DNA of 63,817 bases, counting the filler, from Octopus bimaculoides (Eukaryota), in assembly GCF_001194135.2 (NCBI RefSeq). It is 7 parts of 6 records of this genome, joined end to end, with 100 filler letters (N's around TTAATTAATTAA, not from the genome) between each part and the next. Parts side by side here need not be neighbours in the genome. Positions count along the whole stretch, not along the records: positions 23,877 to 46,082 come from NC_068981.1; 6 more parts are not named here. One strand, 5' to 3'. This document shows, one piece after another, positions 24,374-40,047 of this stretch (position 1 is the stretch's first letter; every line of letters starts with the position of its first letter). A model generated the notes under the pieces. That model saw only the letters and a list, made by a program, of their open reading frames with translations, had not been told where the DNA came from and did not search any database. The translations under genes and the position numbers were made by a program.

Positions 24374-25987
24374 CTATCAAAATTCATAAGGTCTGCACTT
24401 CCTTTTCTCACTAAACGATAAAAAAAATTTTCAGAGTAAATTTGATGCCCATATCGTTATTATACACTTCACATTGATGTGGGGAGCTTGTAGAATTGTT
24501 AACGAGCATGGAAAAATGCTAAGCAACAATTCCTCCATATTTACATTGTGAGTTCAAATTCCGCCAGGTTTGACTTCGTCTTTCATATTTTCGGAGTTGT
24601 TGAAATACGTACGCATTGAAATAAGTGCCCATTGCTGTCGATATTTTTAACTAAGGTCCTACCCCAACATTTCAGGACTTGAGCCTATAATACAAAAGGA
24701 TTATTATACACCTATATTTATTTAAACATCTTTGACAAATTAGATTTTAGTGAACCAATAAATTACCATATTTGATGTCATATAAGACAAACTTTTTGCC
24801 CAAATAATGTTTCAAATAATCCCTTCGGGTCCTATATGTAACATTGAATCTTCCATAAGCTTTAATGCATTAAAAACGTTTTCTTACATGGATATAACCC
24901 CAAATGTATCTGTGCCTTTTTAAAGGCATTAAATATGGTAGATAATATCTAACGTGATATTATCTAAATAAAAGCTAAGACCGCTGGAAAAAATTTGATC
25001 ATTAGAAATCAATTAGAGTTAATTAGCTGCTTCTGATAAAGGTACAAGGTCAGAAATTTAGAAAGTTGTATTGAACGGTTGAATCAATCTCAGTATTTGA
25101 TTGGTAATTTGTTTGTTGGGGCCCAGAAGGATAAAATGCATAGTTGACATAAGCAAAATTTGATCTCGGAACCTTTAAGGCCAGAGTTAAATTTTTGCAC
25201 AAGGTCAACAATTTCGAGAAGTCGATTAGATCGATGGCAATGTTAAACTGCTAATTATTTCACCAATTGCGAAATGATGAGAGGTAAAGTCGATCTCGGC
25301 GGAATTTGAACTCAGAGCACAAAGACGGACTAAATGCACATACGCATTTTTCTCGGTGTGCTAATTATTTTACCAGCTCCCTGCCTGATAAAAATCCTTC
25401 CCGAGTCACATAGGCTCACTGAGCCGGTTTCCTTGTTTCTCTGGAGCATATATTCTCTGGAGCATATATTCTCTGGAGCATATATTTCCCTGGGTGGACA
25501 AGAGCGAAGTGGAATAAAATATTTTGCTTAAGAACACAAGGCGTCGCTCAGTCCACGAATCGAAACTACAATCAAGACACCAGCAACCTAACCACTAAGT
25601 CACGCGCCTCCACACCCGAGTCAACTATTGCAAAGATTTTTTCCAGCGCATTACCAATTACCCAAACCTGGACCTAAATAACAATAGAAATGTCTCTGCC
25701 TGTAAAACTGTCGTGCCCAATTCTAAGCATTCCTCATCTAAGATTATGAACCGTCCCTAAAAGGACATTGTAAGTCCGATGATATTAAAGACGATGGTAA
25801 CAATAATCGATCTCACAATGAATTGATTAACTATAGGACTTTAGTGCAACATTTTAATTCTGGGTACAAATAGTCTATGAAAAGGCTGCCTATATTGACC
25901 TCGGTGAGACTTCAATGAGATTTAGAAAAGAATAAATAAGTTTCGATATATTATGTACACACAGGCAGACAAAGTCATATATATATG

Positions 25988-26043
<56 letters not shown>

Positions 26044-26059
26044 TGTGTTCGTATTCATG

Positions 26060-26104
<45 letters not shown>

Positions 26105-27060
26105 ATATATATATATATATATTTATGTATGTATATATATATATATGTGCGTATTTATTTTTGTATATATATTTACGAATTCATGTATGCAAATATATAT
26201 GTACGTTTTTATGTATGTATATATATGCGCATATATATGTATGTCTATGTTTTTATGTGCATATATTTACATACATACACATATATAATATGCATATATA
26301 TGTGTGTATGTGTGTATACGTATTTATGTATATATATGCGTATATATATATGTATGTATGTATATATATATATATATATNNNNNNNNNNNNNNNNNNNNN
26401 NNNNNNNNNNNNNNNNNNNNNNNNNNNNNNNNNNNNNNNNNNNNNNNNNNNNNNNNNNNNNNNNNNNNNNNNNNNNNNNNNNNNNNNNNNNNNNNNNNNN
26501 NNNNNNNNNNNNNNNNNNNNNNNNNNNNNNNNNNNNNNNNNNNNNNNNNNNNNNNNNNNNNNNNNNNNNNNNNNNNNNNNNNNNNNNNNNNNNNNNNNNN
26601 NNNNNNNNNNNNNNNNNNNNNNNNNNNNNNNNNNNNNNNNNNNNNNNNNNNNNNNNNNNNNNNNNNNNNNNNNNNNNNNNNNNNNATATATATATATATA
26701 TATATAAATATTTACACGCGCACTGAATAATTATCTGATCATCAATGGGGAATGTTATGAAAGTGTATCAAGATAATATTTGTAAATACTATAAACCAAT
26801 AAAATGTCTGAATAAACAAAGGTTGTCCATGAAGTAGCCGTTATTCCCCGATGCTGTCTATCATTTAGATAATTATTTGAAAATATATTCACTGGATGTG
26901 TTTTGTTCTAGTTCGTCTGTTGCTTTGAAAATACACAGAGAAACTCTCACACACACACAAACACAGACACATAGATAGATAGGTAGGTAGGTAAGTAGGT
27001 AGGTAGGTAGGTAGGTAGGTGGGTAGGTAGGTAGGTAGGTAGATAAAACTATATAGATAA

Positions 27061-27120
<60 letters not shown>

Positions 27121-27289
27121 GTAAACAGGCAGACATATATATATATATAGAGAGAGAGAGATAGAAGACAGATAGATAGAGAGATAAAATGATAGTTAAA
27201 CAGACAGTCATATATATATATATATATGGGAGAATATACAAAAAATAACAACAGACGAGGACAGGTGGTGTAAATAACAAAAGTATATA

Positions 27290-27367
<78 letters not shown>

Positions 27368-28300
27368 GAGAGATAGAGAGAGATGTCCATGTGTATACTG
27401 TATTTATTTCATCAGCTCTAATAGCTTTTAACTTAGTATTTATAATATCAGTACACCTTTATAATATCAATTCCTATTTCTGCGTTGGTGGGAAAAGAAA
27501 TATGGCACTGTACGTGAAGATGTATATACACACACACTCGCACGAGCACACGCATTGGTGTGTGTGTGCGTGTTTGTATGCATGTATGTGTGTATTTATC
27601 TATGTGTGTATGTATGTATAGAGGGTGGTGGGACGTATCAAAACAAGTTGACTGTAAGAAATAAAAATATCTTCTGTTTTCTCAATACCAGCTCCCAAAA
27701 TGCCGAACGCTTGTTATGTTTACAAGATATATGAAATATTTCTGATGTTTGTTTTTCCTCATATTTCTTCTTCACTTCACTGTTTCTTGAGTGTTTCATT
27801 GTTATCAACTTCAGGCTACAATAAACACTCCACAGCGATCACACACCTAGTATAAATAACACAGCTTTAAAAATAAAGATCTTGTAACAGTTCCATATTG
27901 TAACAGATGGAATTAAGCATTCCAGTAATCAAACAGTTCCAGCGTTTTATTCATACCAGTGATTCTTGACCATTTTCTGCCCGTGAATCTCTCTGAGTCT
28001 TATGTTACGCTACTGGACCTTCACACCCATTCGTAGACGTTTTAGTGGGGCAACCAGATTTGAACAGCCTCAAGTGTAACTGCCCGAAACTGTAAGGACA
28101 ACCTGGAAACTTGACTGACAAAAGAAGTCCACGAATGACCCATCCTTTTTTTCCTCTCCCTCTAATTGTTGTTCTTCCTATCCACCTTTGTATCGTCTAT
28201 CTGTGCAGATCTTTTATTGTCCTCTATCGCGTTTTTCTTCCACTTTTTTTCTTTATGTATTCATATAGCGGCGTACGTACACTTTTGCTCACCTTTTAAG

Positions 28301-28340
<40 letters not shown>

Positions 28341-28725
28341 NNNNNNNNNNNNNNNNNNNNNNNNNNNNNNNNNNNNNNNNNNNNNNNNNNNNNNNNNNNN
28401 NNNNNNNNNNNNNNNNNNNNNNNNNNNNNNNNNNNNNNNNNNNNNNNNNNNNNNNNNNNNNNNNNNNNNNNNNNNNNNNNNNNNNNNNNNNNNNNNNNNN
28501 NNNNNNNNNNNNNNNNNNNNNNNNNNNNNNNNNNNNNNNNNNNNNNNNNNNNNNNNNNNNNNNNNNNNNNNNNNNNNNNNNNNNNNNNNNNNNNNNNNNN
28601 NNNNNNNNNNNNNNNNNNNNNNNNNNNNNNNNNNNNNNNNNNNNNNNNNNNNNNNNNNNNNNNNNNNNNNNNNNNNNNNNNNNNNNNNNNNNNNNNNNNN
28701 NNNNNNNNNNNNNNNNNNNNNNNNN

Positions 28726-28760
<35 letters not shown>

Positions 28761-31079
28761 TATTGTATTTTTATTATTAAATATTATTGGGAACTCTTTC
28801 AAAAAAATTTTAATACTTTGTGTACTGGACAAGAATAAGCAATTTCTTGCACATAATTTTTAACAAGAAAATCTTATATGGATCCCGGTTGAAATTTATA
28901 ACTACGTATAAAGATGCCAAATTAACAGAATCCTTAGTGAGTTGGAGAAAGTCCTTAGCGACATGTTTCCCGGCTCTGAATTTTCTAAGTTAAAAAATCC
29001 GCTTGGTCAACTTTACGTTTCCTCCTTTTGAAGTCGACATAATATAGTACCAGCCAAGTTCTAGCGTCGATGTAATCGAATAATGGCATCCCCCATATTT
29101 CAGGACTTGTTGAGCAGTCTTCAACCTTTCTTTTTCTATTCAAAAATGGATTTTCAATCCCACATTTACATGATGTTATTTATAGCTTTATGTATGCTTC
29201 GAGATGTACTGTTCTAAAAATGAATTATTTTAAGCATTGTGTCTAGATCAGAAATAACTTTATACCGACATTTTCGACCCAAATCCATCGAATCATTTCT
29301 CTGTTGATTTATACTGAGAGTAACCTGAAGAGATAAAATCTGACTTGTCATTAACTTGAGACTTTATGCTTTTTAGTAACAATTTATAAATTAAACATTA
29401 AGTGTATTCTGGAGCCGCCCACGCCATTCACTGGAGCCAGAAGTTGTTTCCACAATGATGATGGTGATAATAGCTATTGCGCTAAGTTTTTCCTTTTCCA
29501 TTTTTATATTTTTCTTACAACAACAACTATTATAGTTACATTGATATCTCTAGGCTTACAACTAAATTCTGTATATTCAGAGTCACGTTTAATTAATGTT
29601 CATTTACTCTATTTTCCCATGAGTTCATAATAATTATGGATTTTAGCCTTTCTATATGTTCTGAAAAATCTGATAATTATCACTTGCTTTCAATTTGTGC
29701 TGATGCATTCTATTCTCATCTGGCGAGGGTTGGAAATTTCAAGAAATGAATGCTTTAACATGATCATACTGACATTCTTAAATAAGTGAGAAGCTACGAT
29801 TGAGTATAGCATTCATGTGGTAATAACATTTCGAATCAAGATTGTCTTTTGAATAAATTCCCCCAAAAGAAGACAAGCGTAATATCTGCTGTGGAGAAAG
29901 GAACCTATCACGTATCCATTACAAATGAAGGAAGATAACGCAATCAAGCAGAATCTATCTCGATTAAGCTCTCATGACAAGAATAATTATCAAGATGAAC
30001 CCATGCTGATTTATCTGCTTTATTCTAGAAATAGGTTATTAGACCAGTTTCTGAAGGCTTTAGTATAGATGCATCAGTCGTCGAGTTGATAAGATCTTGT
30101 ATTCCTCAAATATGTCAGTGACTATATCGTAAATTTTGTAGAGTACTAAATGTAGCCAGGTCTATCAACGCCGTTCTACAAATCTATTAGCATTTCGAAC
30201 AGCTCTAAACTCTTTTTAAGTACTGAAGAAAGTGCTACATCTGAAACATTAGTTTTAAATTTCGAAGGATGAGGTAAGTCCTATTACATCCACCCCACTT
30301 CTTAGCTAGTTCTTATTTTATCGAGTGCGAAAGAACGAAAGGCAAAGTTCACGCAGGCGGAATTTGAGGAGTTGTTTTCCGGATTCATAGACGTAGTACT
30401 TGGTACGTTATAGTTTCATGGACTCCCTCAAGGATGAAAGATATTAGTGCTATTTGAACTCAGATTGTACGAATCGGAACAAATGTTCCAAATTTCTAGC
30501 AATTTTGCCAATCCACCGCCCTAATTTGTTTCTCATACAAAGCATATGGCTTGGATGTTGTGGCGGTGTAGTGGTTTGTTGATTACATTGACACCATTAT
30601 ATTACTTCTATTACATTTGTTCGATAGTGTAAGAAGGAAAAGTAAAGATGCCTTCAATGTGATAGGAACGGAAAATTTAAAGAGCCAGAACAGTCATTGC
30701 AAAGTATTTTCCGACACTGGAACGGCTGTAGTCAAAATGTTGGGGAATGACAAACAAATAAACGTGAATATTTATTTCTTTTATCTATCTCAGAACTCTA
30801 GAAAACACAACTGAACGTGATATGGTTGGACCTTAAAATAAAACTCATTTAGTCCGATAATCTATTGATTTACCACAACGTGGTCTTACTACTAAGGTAA
30901 TGTCAATAATAATAATAATATTTATTAAGATATTTCATCAAAGCTGATGAGGCGCAGCGGTAAAACTCATCACATTCCTTACTTATTTTTATTAGTTATA
31001 ATATTCTACAGGTTTTGAGTTCAAATCATTTTACCTTTATGTTTTTAACGATTTTGGTCCAAGCAAGGGTTGATGCCAC

Positions 31080-31420
31080 TGTAGCGTAAGGGGCTTAACA
31101 AAAGGGGAAAAAGATAGCTATAAATCTAACAGATGTCGATTGACAGAAAGCTTAAAGGTCGAAAGAGGAAAACAAGACGATGGTAGTGAGTTCCAGAGAC
31201 AGACAACTGGAGTTCGTAAAAAGAACCTATTCGGAGTAAAAGGACTTATGAATAACAGATGGATCAACAGAGAAAGGTGATGAACTTGAGAAGAGAATCG
31301 GGTGCCATGTTTAAAGGTCTTGAGTGAGAGTTCTAGACCATAGCAGTTGATGAGAGCAAAGATAATGGATAAACTTACATAAAAGACACAACGAAGATAT
31401 ATTCCGGCAATGAGTTAAAT
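31080..31420 (-). mobile_element. Degenerate CR1/L2-group LINE 3' fragment
   Basis: Frameshifted remnants resembling the LFYKYY...SSSPFSVDP...SFY...LWNSLP C-terminus of CR1/L2/Crack-like elements. Confidence 0.55.
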
Positions 31421-32066
31421 ACACCAAATCTAGTACACATCATAGGCTTTTCTCTTGTTATCTTTCTGGTGTGCATACATTCAAGTACTGATCTAATTTA
31501 ATCGACTATGCCTTCCCATGGTTTTGCACCAAATATAGATATCAATAATTTTTTTGGCACCAATGTTACAAATCAATATTCTTATTTATAAAACTATTTA
31601 TTTTAAGCAAAACCGTATTTCGCTCTCAACACATTAAAGCTTTAAAAAAAGCACTGATGCATGTGCAGGGGCATAGTTTTATAATAAATGTAACATGGAT
31701 TTTGAGTTTAAAATGGTATAGAATTAGTTGTGTAGAATGTGTGTGAATCTAAGATAAAAGTAACTAAGAATATGTTTTAGAATATATCGGTGAATTTAAA
31801 ATTGATTGATCATCAAACAGTTCTCGGAATGTGTGAACATGGTTATTTTAAATTTTCTTTTATTCTCAACATAAGAAGAAAATCGATCTATATTTACGAG
31901 ATGTGTTCTTATCTGTTTGCTACCAAACAAAATAGAGTAATGGCGGGAAAGAATTACAAAAAAAAGACAAACATTTTTTCCACTTTACTTAAACACTGGA
32001 AAAATGTATATAAAATTAATTTTTAAAAGTGATAATAGTCATAATAGTATCATTATTATTATTATC

Positions 32067-32106
<40 letters not shown>

Positions 32107-32449
32107 TTGGTGGTGGGGGTGGCGGTTTAGTTAACAAGTAACCCTGAAGGAGCAGATCACTTATGATCTGTGCACCATGCAGATTTAGAGTTCTTTATCA
32201 TCGAGATAGCATAGTTTTTAGCAGACCAGACAAAATGCTTTGCGTCATTTTGCGTGTTTCTTTGTGTTCTGTGTTCAAATTCCGCTGCGGTAGACTTCAC
32301 CTTTCATCCTTTCACGTCAATAAAATAATTGCCAGTTGAACATTAAGATCAATATAATAGACTTACCAGCCCCAAAATTGCTAGCCTTGTGCCAAAATGA
32401 TTATTATCATTATCATCAACATCATGATCATCATTATTATTATTATTAT

Positions 32450-32506
<57 letters not shown>

Positions 32507-32517
32507 TAGTAGTAGTG

Positions 32518-32555
<38 letters not shown>

Positions 32556-32720
32556 GGTGGTGGTTGTGGTGGTGGTATTGAATGAGAGATCAATTCAGGC
32601 CACGATGTTACATCTTTATTAAAGATTACGATGTATCCAGGATCGAGAATTGAATTATCGTTCATTTTCCTACTTTTCTAAGGTTATTTGATTGAATATG
32701 AGGTCGATCTGACTCTTACA

Positions 32721-33132
32721 TCTCTTTTACTCGTTTACCTGTTTCAGTCATTTGACTGCGGCCATGCTGGAGCACCGCCTTTATTCAAGTAAATCGACGC
32801 CAAGACTTATTCTTTGTAAGCCTAGTACTTATTCTATCGGTATCTTTTTGCTGAACCGCTATGTTACGCGGACGTAAACACACCAGCATCGGTTGTCAAG
32901 CTATGTTCGGGGGACAAACACAGACACAAACATATACACAGACATACGTATATATATATATATACACATATATACGACGGGCTTCTTTCAGTTTCCGTCA
33001 ACCAAATCCACTCACAAGGGTTTGGTCGGCCCGAGGCTATAGTAGAAGACACTTGCCCAAGGTGCCACGCAGTGGGACTGAACCCGGAACCATGTGGTTC
33101 GTTAGCAAGCTACTTACCACACAGCTACTCCT
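32721..33132 (-). repeat. Full-length CORE-type SINE (family B, OR1/OR2-like)
   Basis: tRNA-like head, CORE motif GTGGCACCTTGGGCAAGTGTCTTCT, internal (TA/TG)n and GAGTAAAAGAG-like tail. Confidence 0.85.
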
Positions 33133-33739
33133 AGTAATGCTTAAGACGACATTATGATAAAATTAGACTTATAAGTATATTACCCACATCTACCAAGACA
33201 TTGACACAAAATAATCTCCATATCTCTAGAAAAATCTTACTAAAATAATTGCTATATATCCAAAGCTATTATCTATGTCTAGCACCAAGCCAAATTGTAC
33301 CTCGAGTATACTGTACAAATTTACAATTAAAGTGAAAGTGTAACTTTCAGTCAATCATGTATTTCTTCAAACTTATTTTCGTTAGAAAGGAAAAAGCTTA
33401 TAGAGAGGCAATGAAGTATATACGGTGTATTTATTCTGTGATATTCTGCTTATATTTCAATAGTAGTTATTTCAACACTTACATGAATATTGGTGAGTAT
33501 GAGTACTAGGCTATTGTATACGACATAGGTATAGTATCAATGGATAATGATGTTACTGTTGATGTTTAAATAGACCTGTCTGTCTTGGTGAATAAAAAAA
33601 TTCAGTCTAACTTCTCATAAACTCATCAATCGATAAAACACACTGCTTGTCATTCATTAACTCCCTTTCCCTCTATTTCTTTCCATCTTACAACACACAC
33701 ACACAAATATATCCATAAATATGTGTGCGTGTATATACA

Positions 33740-33815
<76 letters not shown>

Positions 33816-33895
33816 TAAACATACATATACACAAATATATACATATATGAATATATATAGATATATCCATATATATATATACATACATATATATA

Positions 33896-34298
33896 CTCTT
33901 TTACTCTTTTACTTGTTTCAGTCATTTGACTGCGGCCATGCTGGGGGACCACCTTTTAGTCGAACAAATCGACCCCAGGACTTATTCTTTGTAAGCTTAG
34001 TACTTATACTATCGGTCTCATTTTGCCGAACCGCTAAGTTACAGGGACATAGACACATCAGCCGCGGTTGTCAAGCGAAGTTGGGGAGACAAACACAGAC
34101 ACACAAACATATACACACACATATATACATATATACGACAGGCTTCTTTCAGTCTCCGTCTACCAAATCCATCACAAGGCTTTGGTCGACCCGAGGCTAT
34201 AGCAGAAGATACTTGCCCAAGGTGCCACGCAGTGGGAATGAACCCAGAACCATGTAGTTGGTAAGCAAGCTACTTACCACACAGCCACTCCCGCGCCT
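33896..34298 (-). repeat. Full-length CORE-type SINE (family B); further copies at about 8500, 20017, 20605, 41395, 43110, 45198-45915, 45927, 48470, 51826, 53255 and 60535
   Basis: Same head, CORE and tail organisation as 32721-33132. Confidence 0.85.
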
Positions 34299-34582
34299 GT
34301 ATATNNNNNNNNNNNNNNNNNNNNNNNNNNNNNNNNNNNNNNNNNNNNNNNNNNNNNNNNNNNNNNNNNNNNNNNNNNNNNNNNNNNNNNNNNNNNNNNN
34401 NNNNNNNNNNNNNNNNNNNNNNNNNNNNNNNNNNNNNNNNNNNNNNNNNNNNNNNNNNNNNNNNNNNNNNNNNNNNNNNNNNNNNNNNNNNNNNNNNNNN
34501 NNNNNNNNNNNNNNNNNNNNNNNNNNNNNNNNNNNNNNNNNNNNNNNNNNNNNNNNNNNNNNNNNNNNNNNNNNNNNNNNNN

Positions 34583-34626
<44 letters not shown>

Positions 34627-34864
34627 TGTGTGTGTGTGTGTGTGTGTCTGTGTCTGTCTGTCTGTCTGTCGGATTGGTATTTTGTTTGCAAGATTCTTGA
34701 TGTGAACTCGTGTGTTGAAACACATTTTGCTGAATATCGGGAGAGTTATAATGCAAGTGATATTCACATACCCTGGTAGTCTTCTACTTGAAATATATAT
34801 CGTTGCTCGATTCGTTAATAGTTGAATAGGCTTTTGAATGTGAGTTCGTTGACCTTCACGACCT

Positions 34865-34900
<36 letters not shown>

Positions 34901-36302
34901 CCCATAAACACACATGTACACACACGCACGCACTCACACACACAGATACTGTCGCAATTGATATATGTATAGTTGAAATTTGCAGAAAACAAAGGACGAA
35001 GACAGGTGTAGGCATAACAAGCACGTTTTATTAGTTGAACACTCGAGAAGAATGAAAACGTCCTTTACTTTTCGAGCCTATGCTCTTCGACAGAAACGAT
35101 TAAGAGGCAAAAAATGGAGAAAGAAAAAAAAAACGGAGAGAGAAAAAAATGTGAAGAGATTGTGTGTGTGTGTGTGTGTGTGTACATGAAGATACTTACA
35201 GATATATGTAAATATGTGTACATATGTAAAAGAAAGACGCGAGAGAAAGTGTGACATGTTTGTAACAATCAGAAATTTGCCTAATAGTGATACGCACACA
35301 AGGATCATATATGCATTATTAATTACCCAATGTGTATGTAGTTGCTGTATGTGTTGGGGATCGATGCAAGAGTCTATAAATTCCATGTATTTCAATGTGA
35401 GAAAATAAATAACACGTTTGTATAGAAATTAAAACTACTGCACCGATAAAATTGGGAGTTGAATAAAATTGTGTAATTTTGTTAATGTACCATTGTTTAT
35501 TGGTGTGACATGAAATGCAAAACAAGGCAAGAATATTAGAGAAGTTAATTTAACCATTAAATTGCTTGATCGAAATACTATCAGTTTCACACTTTTTCAG
35601 ATTAGTTAATCGAAATTTGAACGTGCATATAGATTAATGATTACTCACGCCCTATTACATATATATGTGTACATTTTAATAGTTGCTTCTGTTTTGATCT
35701 TCATATACAAAAATACATACATACACGTATGTGGAAGTATGTGCGAGTGAGCCGGGACGCCGCTGTAACTATATTGTGTCTATATGTGAGTATATATATA
35801 TACAGTGTTGGAACGTATATAGTTAAATTACGTATATGTGCTACTAATGTATGTTTTTGAACGTATATAAAACAGAATAATAAAGGTGAAATTAAAAGAG
35901 ATAAAAGCTATATGGCATATTTCTGAGATTTCCAGTTCAACTACGTTGTCATTTCGCTTTTAAATTTTAATGTACCTTTTATGTTGATTTTGGTGAGCTC
36001 GACATATTTGTGCTTGAAGTTTTATATGTAGTAAAACTTACTGAAATAAGTCTATTTGTGTATTAATTCATACATGCATGCATTCAGAAATACATGCATG
36101 CATATATATATATATATATATATACATTTGTATATTTGTATATATATTTATACATATATATGTATATATATATATATTTGTATATATACATATGTATGTA
36201 TATATATACATACATTTGTATATATATTTATACATATATATGTATATATATTTGTATATATAAGTATGTATGTATATATATATATATATGTATATATCTG
36301 TG

Positions 36303-36398
<96 letters not shown>

Positions 36399-36683
36399 CA
36401 TACATACATACATATTCATATTTATACATATATATTTATATACATATGAAGTGAATCAATTGCAGCGATGGTCTTTGTAGTAGATGATGATGCAGTTGTA
36501 AGTAATAGCGTGTAGAATATGAAGTTAAATATATCTTGGGTGGAAAACAGTTGAAGGTCGACAAATTTTTTGAACGCAATATTCCTCATGATATTATTCA
36601 TAACCATATCTACTTCGAGTCATTAACAATGATGTTTCTCATATTTCCCGAAGCTCCTAATTTTTCATGATGCAAAACTACAT

Positions 36684-36758
<75 letters not shown>

Positions 36759-37197
36759 TATGTGCCTATATGTGAGTGCATGTGTAAAAACGTGCTGTGT
36801 GTATGTCTATATGTGAATTTGTATACGTATTGAACCAATATTTTACTTAGTAAGCACTGGAGATGCAATAACACAACACATGACACCGACATCACCGAAA
36901 ACACCATGTGTGACATTGCTTCCGATCCTGATGGCCTGATGCCGGTTCTTAAAACTGTCGTGATTAACGAGGATATAAAACGGGATCTATGCCTGCAAAT
37001 ATTTGTGCCTAAACCCGTTTGTTATCCTTGCTAATCATGTAACTTTCTTCAGCACCACACCCACGTTTGCTAATCCTGTTCAGAAGTGGATCAGAGACCA
37101 CACGGCACCGAGAAGACAACGCACCAAGCTCTTTGTTATTGCTGAACCATGAAATCTCGAAATCTATAGGAACATAGATGCACTAAAAAGCACTTAC

Positions 37198-37326
37198 TTA
37201 GCTAAAATTGTCACCTCACTGGAAGCCACGCACTTATCACTTCTTTGCAATGTTTTGACTGAGCAATGTAAATAACACTGATCTTGCACCAAACAGCCTT
37301 TATTGTCGATCCTTAGTAAATTAAAT
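37198..37326 (-). CDS. Candidate internal exon (129 nt, phase 2-2)
   Basis: Acceptor cttcatgcag|, strong donor CTAA|GTAAGT, single open frame FNLLRIDNKGCLVQDQCYLHCSVKTLQRSDKCVASSEVTILAK. Confidence 0.3.
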
Positions 37327-37602
37327 CTGCATGAAGCATGTAAATAGCACATGGGCACACATTTATTTGTTGTATACATGTACCTTGTACAGTTAATGCA
37401 CTATACATTCGTACTATTGTGTTTTGTTCTTTCATAAGTACATCCCATTGGGATTAAAAGGAGCAAAATGAGATTGTGTAATGCTCAGCGGATTTCTTGA
37501 CGTAATTTAACAGATATGTTAGAAGTATTGTTAGAAACATGCTGATACAGTTTGTTCGTAGTTTTCTATGAAAAGGAATTGTAAGCTAGCGCGCACGCAC
37601 AC

Positions 37603-37645
<43 letters not shown>

Positions 37646-38236
37646 TGTATATATCTATACATATGTGTGTATGTGTAAGGTATATTTGTGTTTAAATATT
37701 TATACAAATTTATCTGTTTATTTATTTATTTTCTACCAATCTATTTATATGTGTGTATGCGTGTGTGTGTGTGTGTGTGTTTGTATTGTTTTTTTTTTGT
37801 TTGTTGTATTTCGTTTGCATGATTCTTAATTTGAAATCGTGTGTTGAGAGAGGTTTTTCTCTATCTCGGAAGGCTCGATACTCCTTACACGAAACAAGAA
37901 TATGTGAACGTTTAAGTATTCAAATATGTTTGTTGTGCGTGCGTACATAAAAAGGGAAGAGAGAGCGCGGGGAGGGAAAGAGAGAGAAAGATAGACAGAG
38001 AAGGATGGCGAGGGAGAGATGGAGAGAGGAAGGAGCAATGTAGTTTACGTCGAAAGGAGTCTTGCTGAAATTCTAACGACAGTTGACAAATGTATGTAAA
38101 ACTGTACTTTAACAGTCTATGGATTTTATCCAAGGCGATGAGAGTAGTGGATATGAAAGCAGTAATTTGGACAGTTATGGATAATTCTTAGAGAAAGTTT
38201 CCTAAGCACGAAGATACAGTATATAGGGGCCATGTG

Positions 38237-38319
<83 letters not shown>

Positions 38320-39761
38320 ATTATGTCTAAAAATGTATTGATACATTCAATAGTACATTATAGTACTGAAACCAAATTTTAAGAGTTTAAGTCCGCGGTA
38401 ATCCATTACTTGGTCTACCTACCAATATACATTACAATACTCAGATTTTTTTATAAGGTCTACCGAAATCTCTTTGTCATATTGGGTTTATAAGTGAGTC
38501 TTTGTAGACATGTAAAGAACGTACTCAGTTGGGAATGAGATCCTTCTCAGAACAGGTTCGAAACTAATTCATACATACTTTTCTTCTTCAAGAATATATT
38601 ATAAAGAAGGTCGTTACGTCTGTCGTTTACATGCAGAAAATGTAAGCGTTTTGGGGAGATTATAGGATAAGTTTGCTCAATTCGTTGAGGCATTCATTTA
38701 TAATTATTTCAGTGACTACTTCGCAGTTTTACACCAGCCATTTTGACACGGCAAAATATTAATTAATGAAATACAAATTTTAGTCGTGTATTGTGTATTT
38801 AGTTGGTTATAAATAGCACATGTATATATACACATGTACACACACACACACACAGGCACACATGATATAGAGTGAAAGAGAGAGGGTGCGTGAATGCGTG
38901 TATGTATCGATGAATATCGTACTCTTGATACGTTGTTATCTTGCATTAATCATTCTTTATGAACTGTCATCCATATTCCCTTATTAGACTTGTATGCTTC
39001 ATTTGGATCAATAACATTCCCTAAATTCGTTAGTGTTTTATGGCCTTCTTTCCTGCATTCCCTTACTAATCAGTTGACAAGAGCGTGGTTGGCGAGATCG
39101 GGGTCTTTTTCGGGGGTTTTTTTTTATTTTAGCAACGTTTTGTAGGCATCAAAACATCATAAAGTAATTTTGTAAACGAAAGATCACCATCGCTTGATTT
39201 AGAAGCGGTTAACTGTTTTTATATCTTTGTCTTTACTGCTTGTTATAATATGCAGCAATAAAGGCCCGTAATCATCACTCCATTCAGAAGATGTTAGCGT
39301 GAGATCTGGACTAAGGAGAGTTATTTATGCAAAGTAAAGGGAAATTCAGAAAATACATCAAAATTCATATACATTGTCGATTAAAACCCATCACAATTCA
39401 TTGTTCAGTACTGGAAATAGAAGTTTTATATATGCAAATAAATGAACGTCAAGTCATATGTTTCATAAACGCATGATTTAACCTCACTCTAACATTTCAT
39501 ACTTATACTACACATATAGAGGTATATACAAATATATATATNNNNNNNNNNNNNNNNNNNNNNNNNNNNNNNNNNNNNNNNNNNNNNNNNNNNNNNNNNN
39601 NNNNNNNNNNNNNNNNNNNNNNNNNNNNNNNNNNNNNNNNNNNNNNNNNNNNNNNNNNNNNNNNNNNNNNNNNNNNNNNNNNNNNNNNNNNNNNNNNNNN
39701 NNNNNNNNNNNNNNTATATATATATATATATATATACATATCTATATACGTATATATATAT

Positions 39762-39814
<53 letters not shown>

Positions 39815-39994
39815 TATACATATATATATGTACATATACACACATGTTTATATATACACAGATAGATAGATAGACAGACAGACAGAGATAGATAGATAAA
39901 TATGTATGTGAATGTGTGTGCGTGTAAGTATGATTATATATATATATATATATAAATATACGAGTATTTATGAATGCATTAGCATGCATGTAAA

Positions 39995-40047
<53 letters not shown>

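Noticed and set aside
25436-25490. 17-bp unit x3 (TCTCTGGAGCATATATT)
   Set aside because: Local slippage within a family C SINE.
25985-26730. Long ORFs of YI/CV/HT/X residues here and throughout the window
   Set aside because: Translations of (TA)n, (TG)n and (TATG)n microsatellites and of gaps.
27948-28100. Minus-strand acceptor/donor pair
   Set aside because: Stops in all three frames. At most a noncoding exon, with no evidence.
33040-33132. tRNA-like sequences
   Set aside because: These are SINE heads with A/B boxes but no complete cloverleaf.
37010-37162. Open frame DFEISWFSNNKEL... with an Ig-like W motif
   Set aside because: Only about 36 nt from the adjacent candidate donor, no good donor of its own, and lacks the rest of an Ig pattern.
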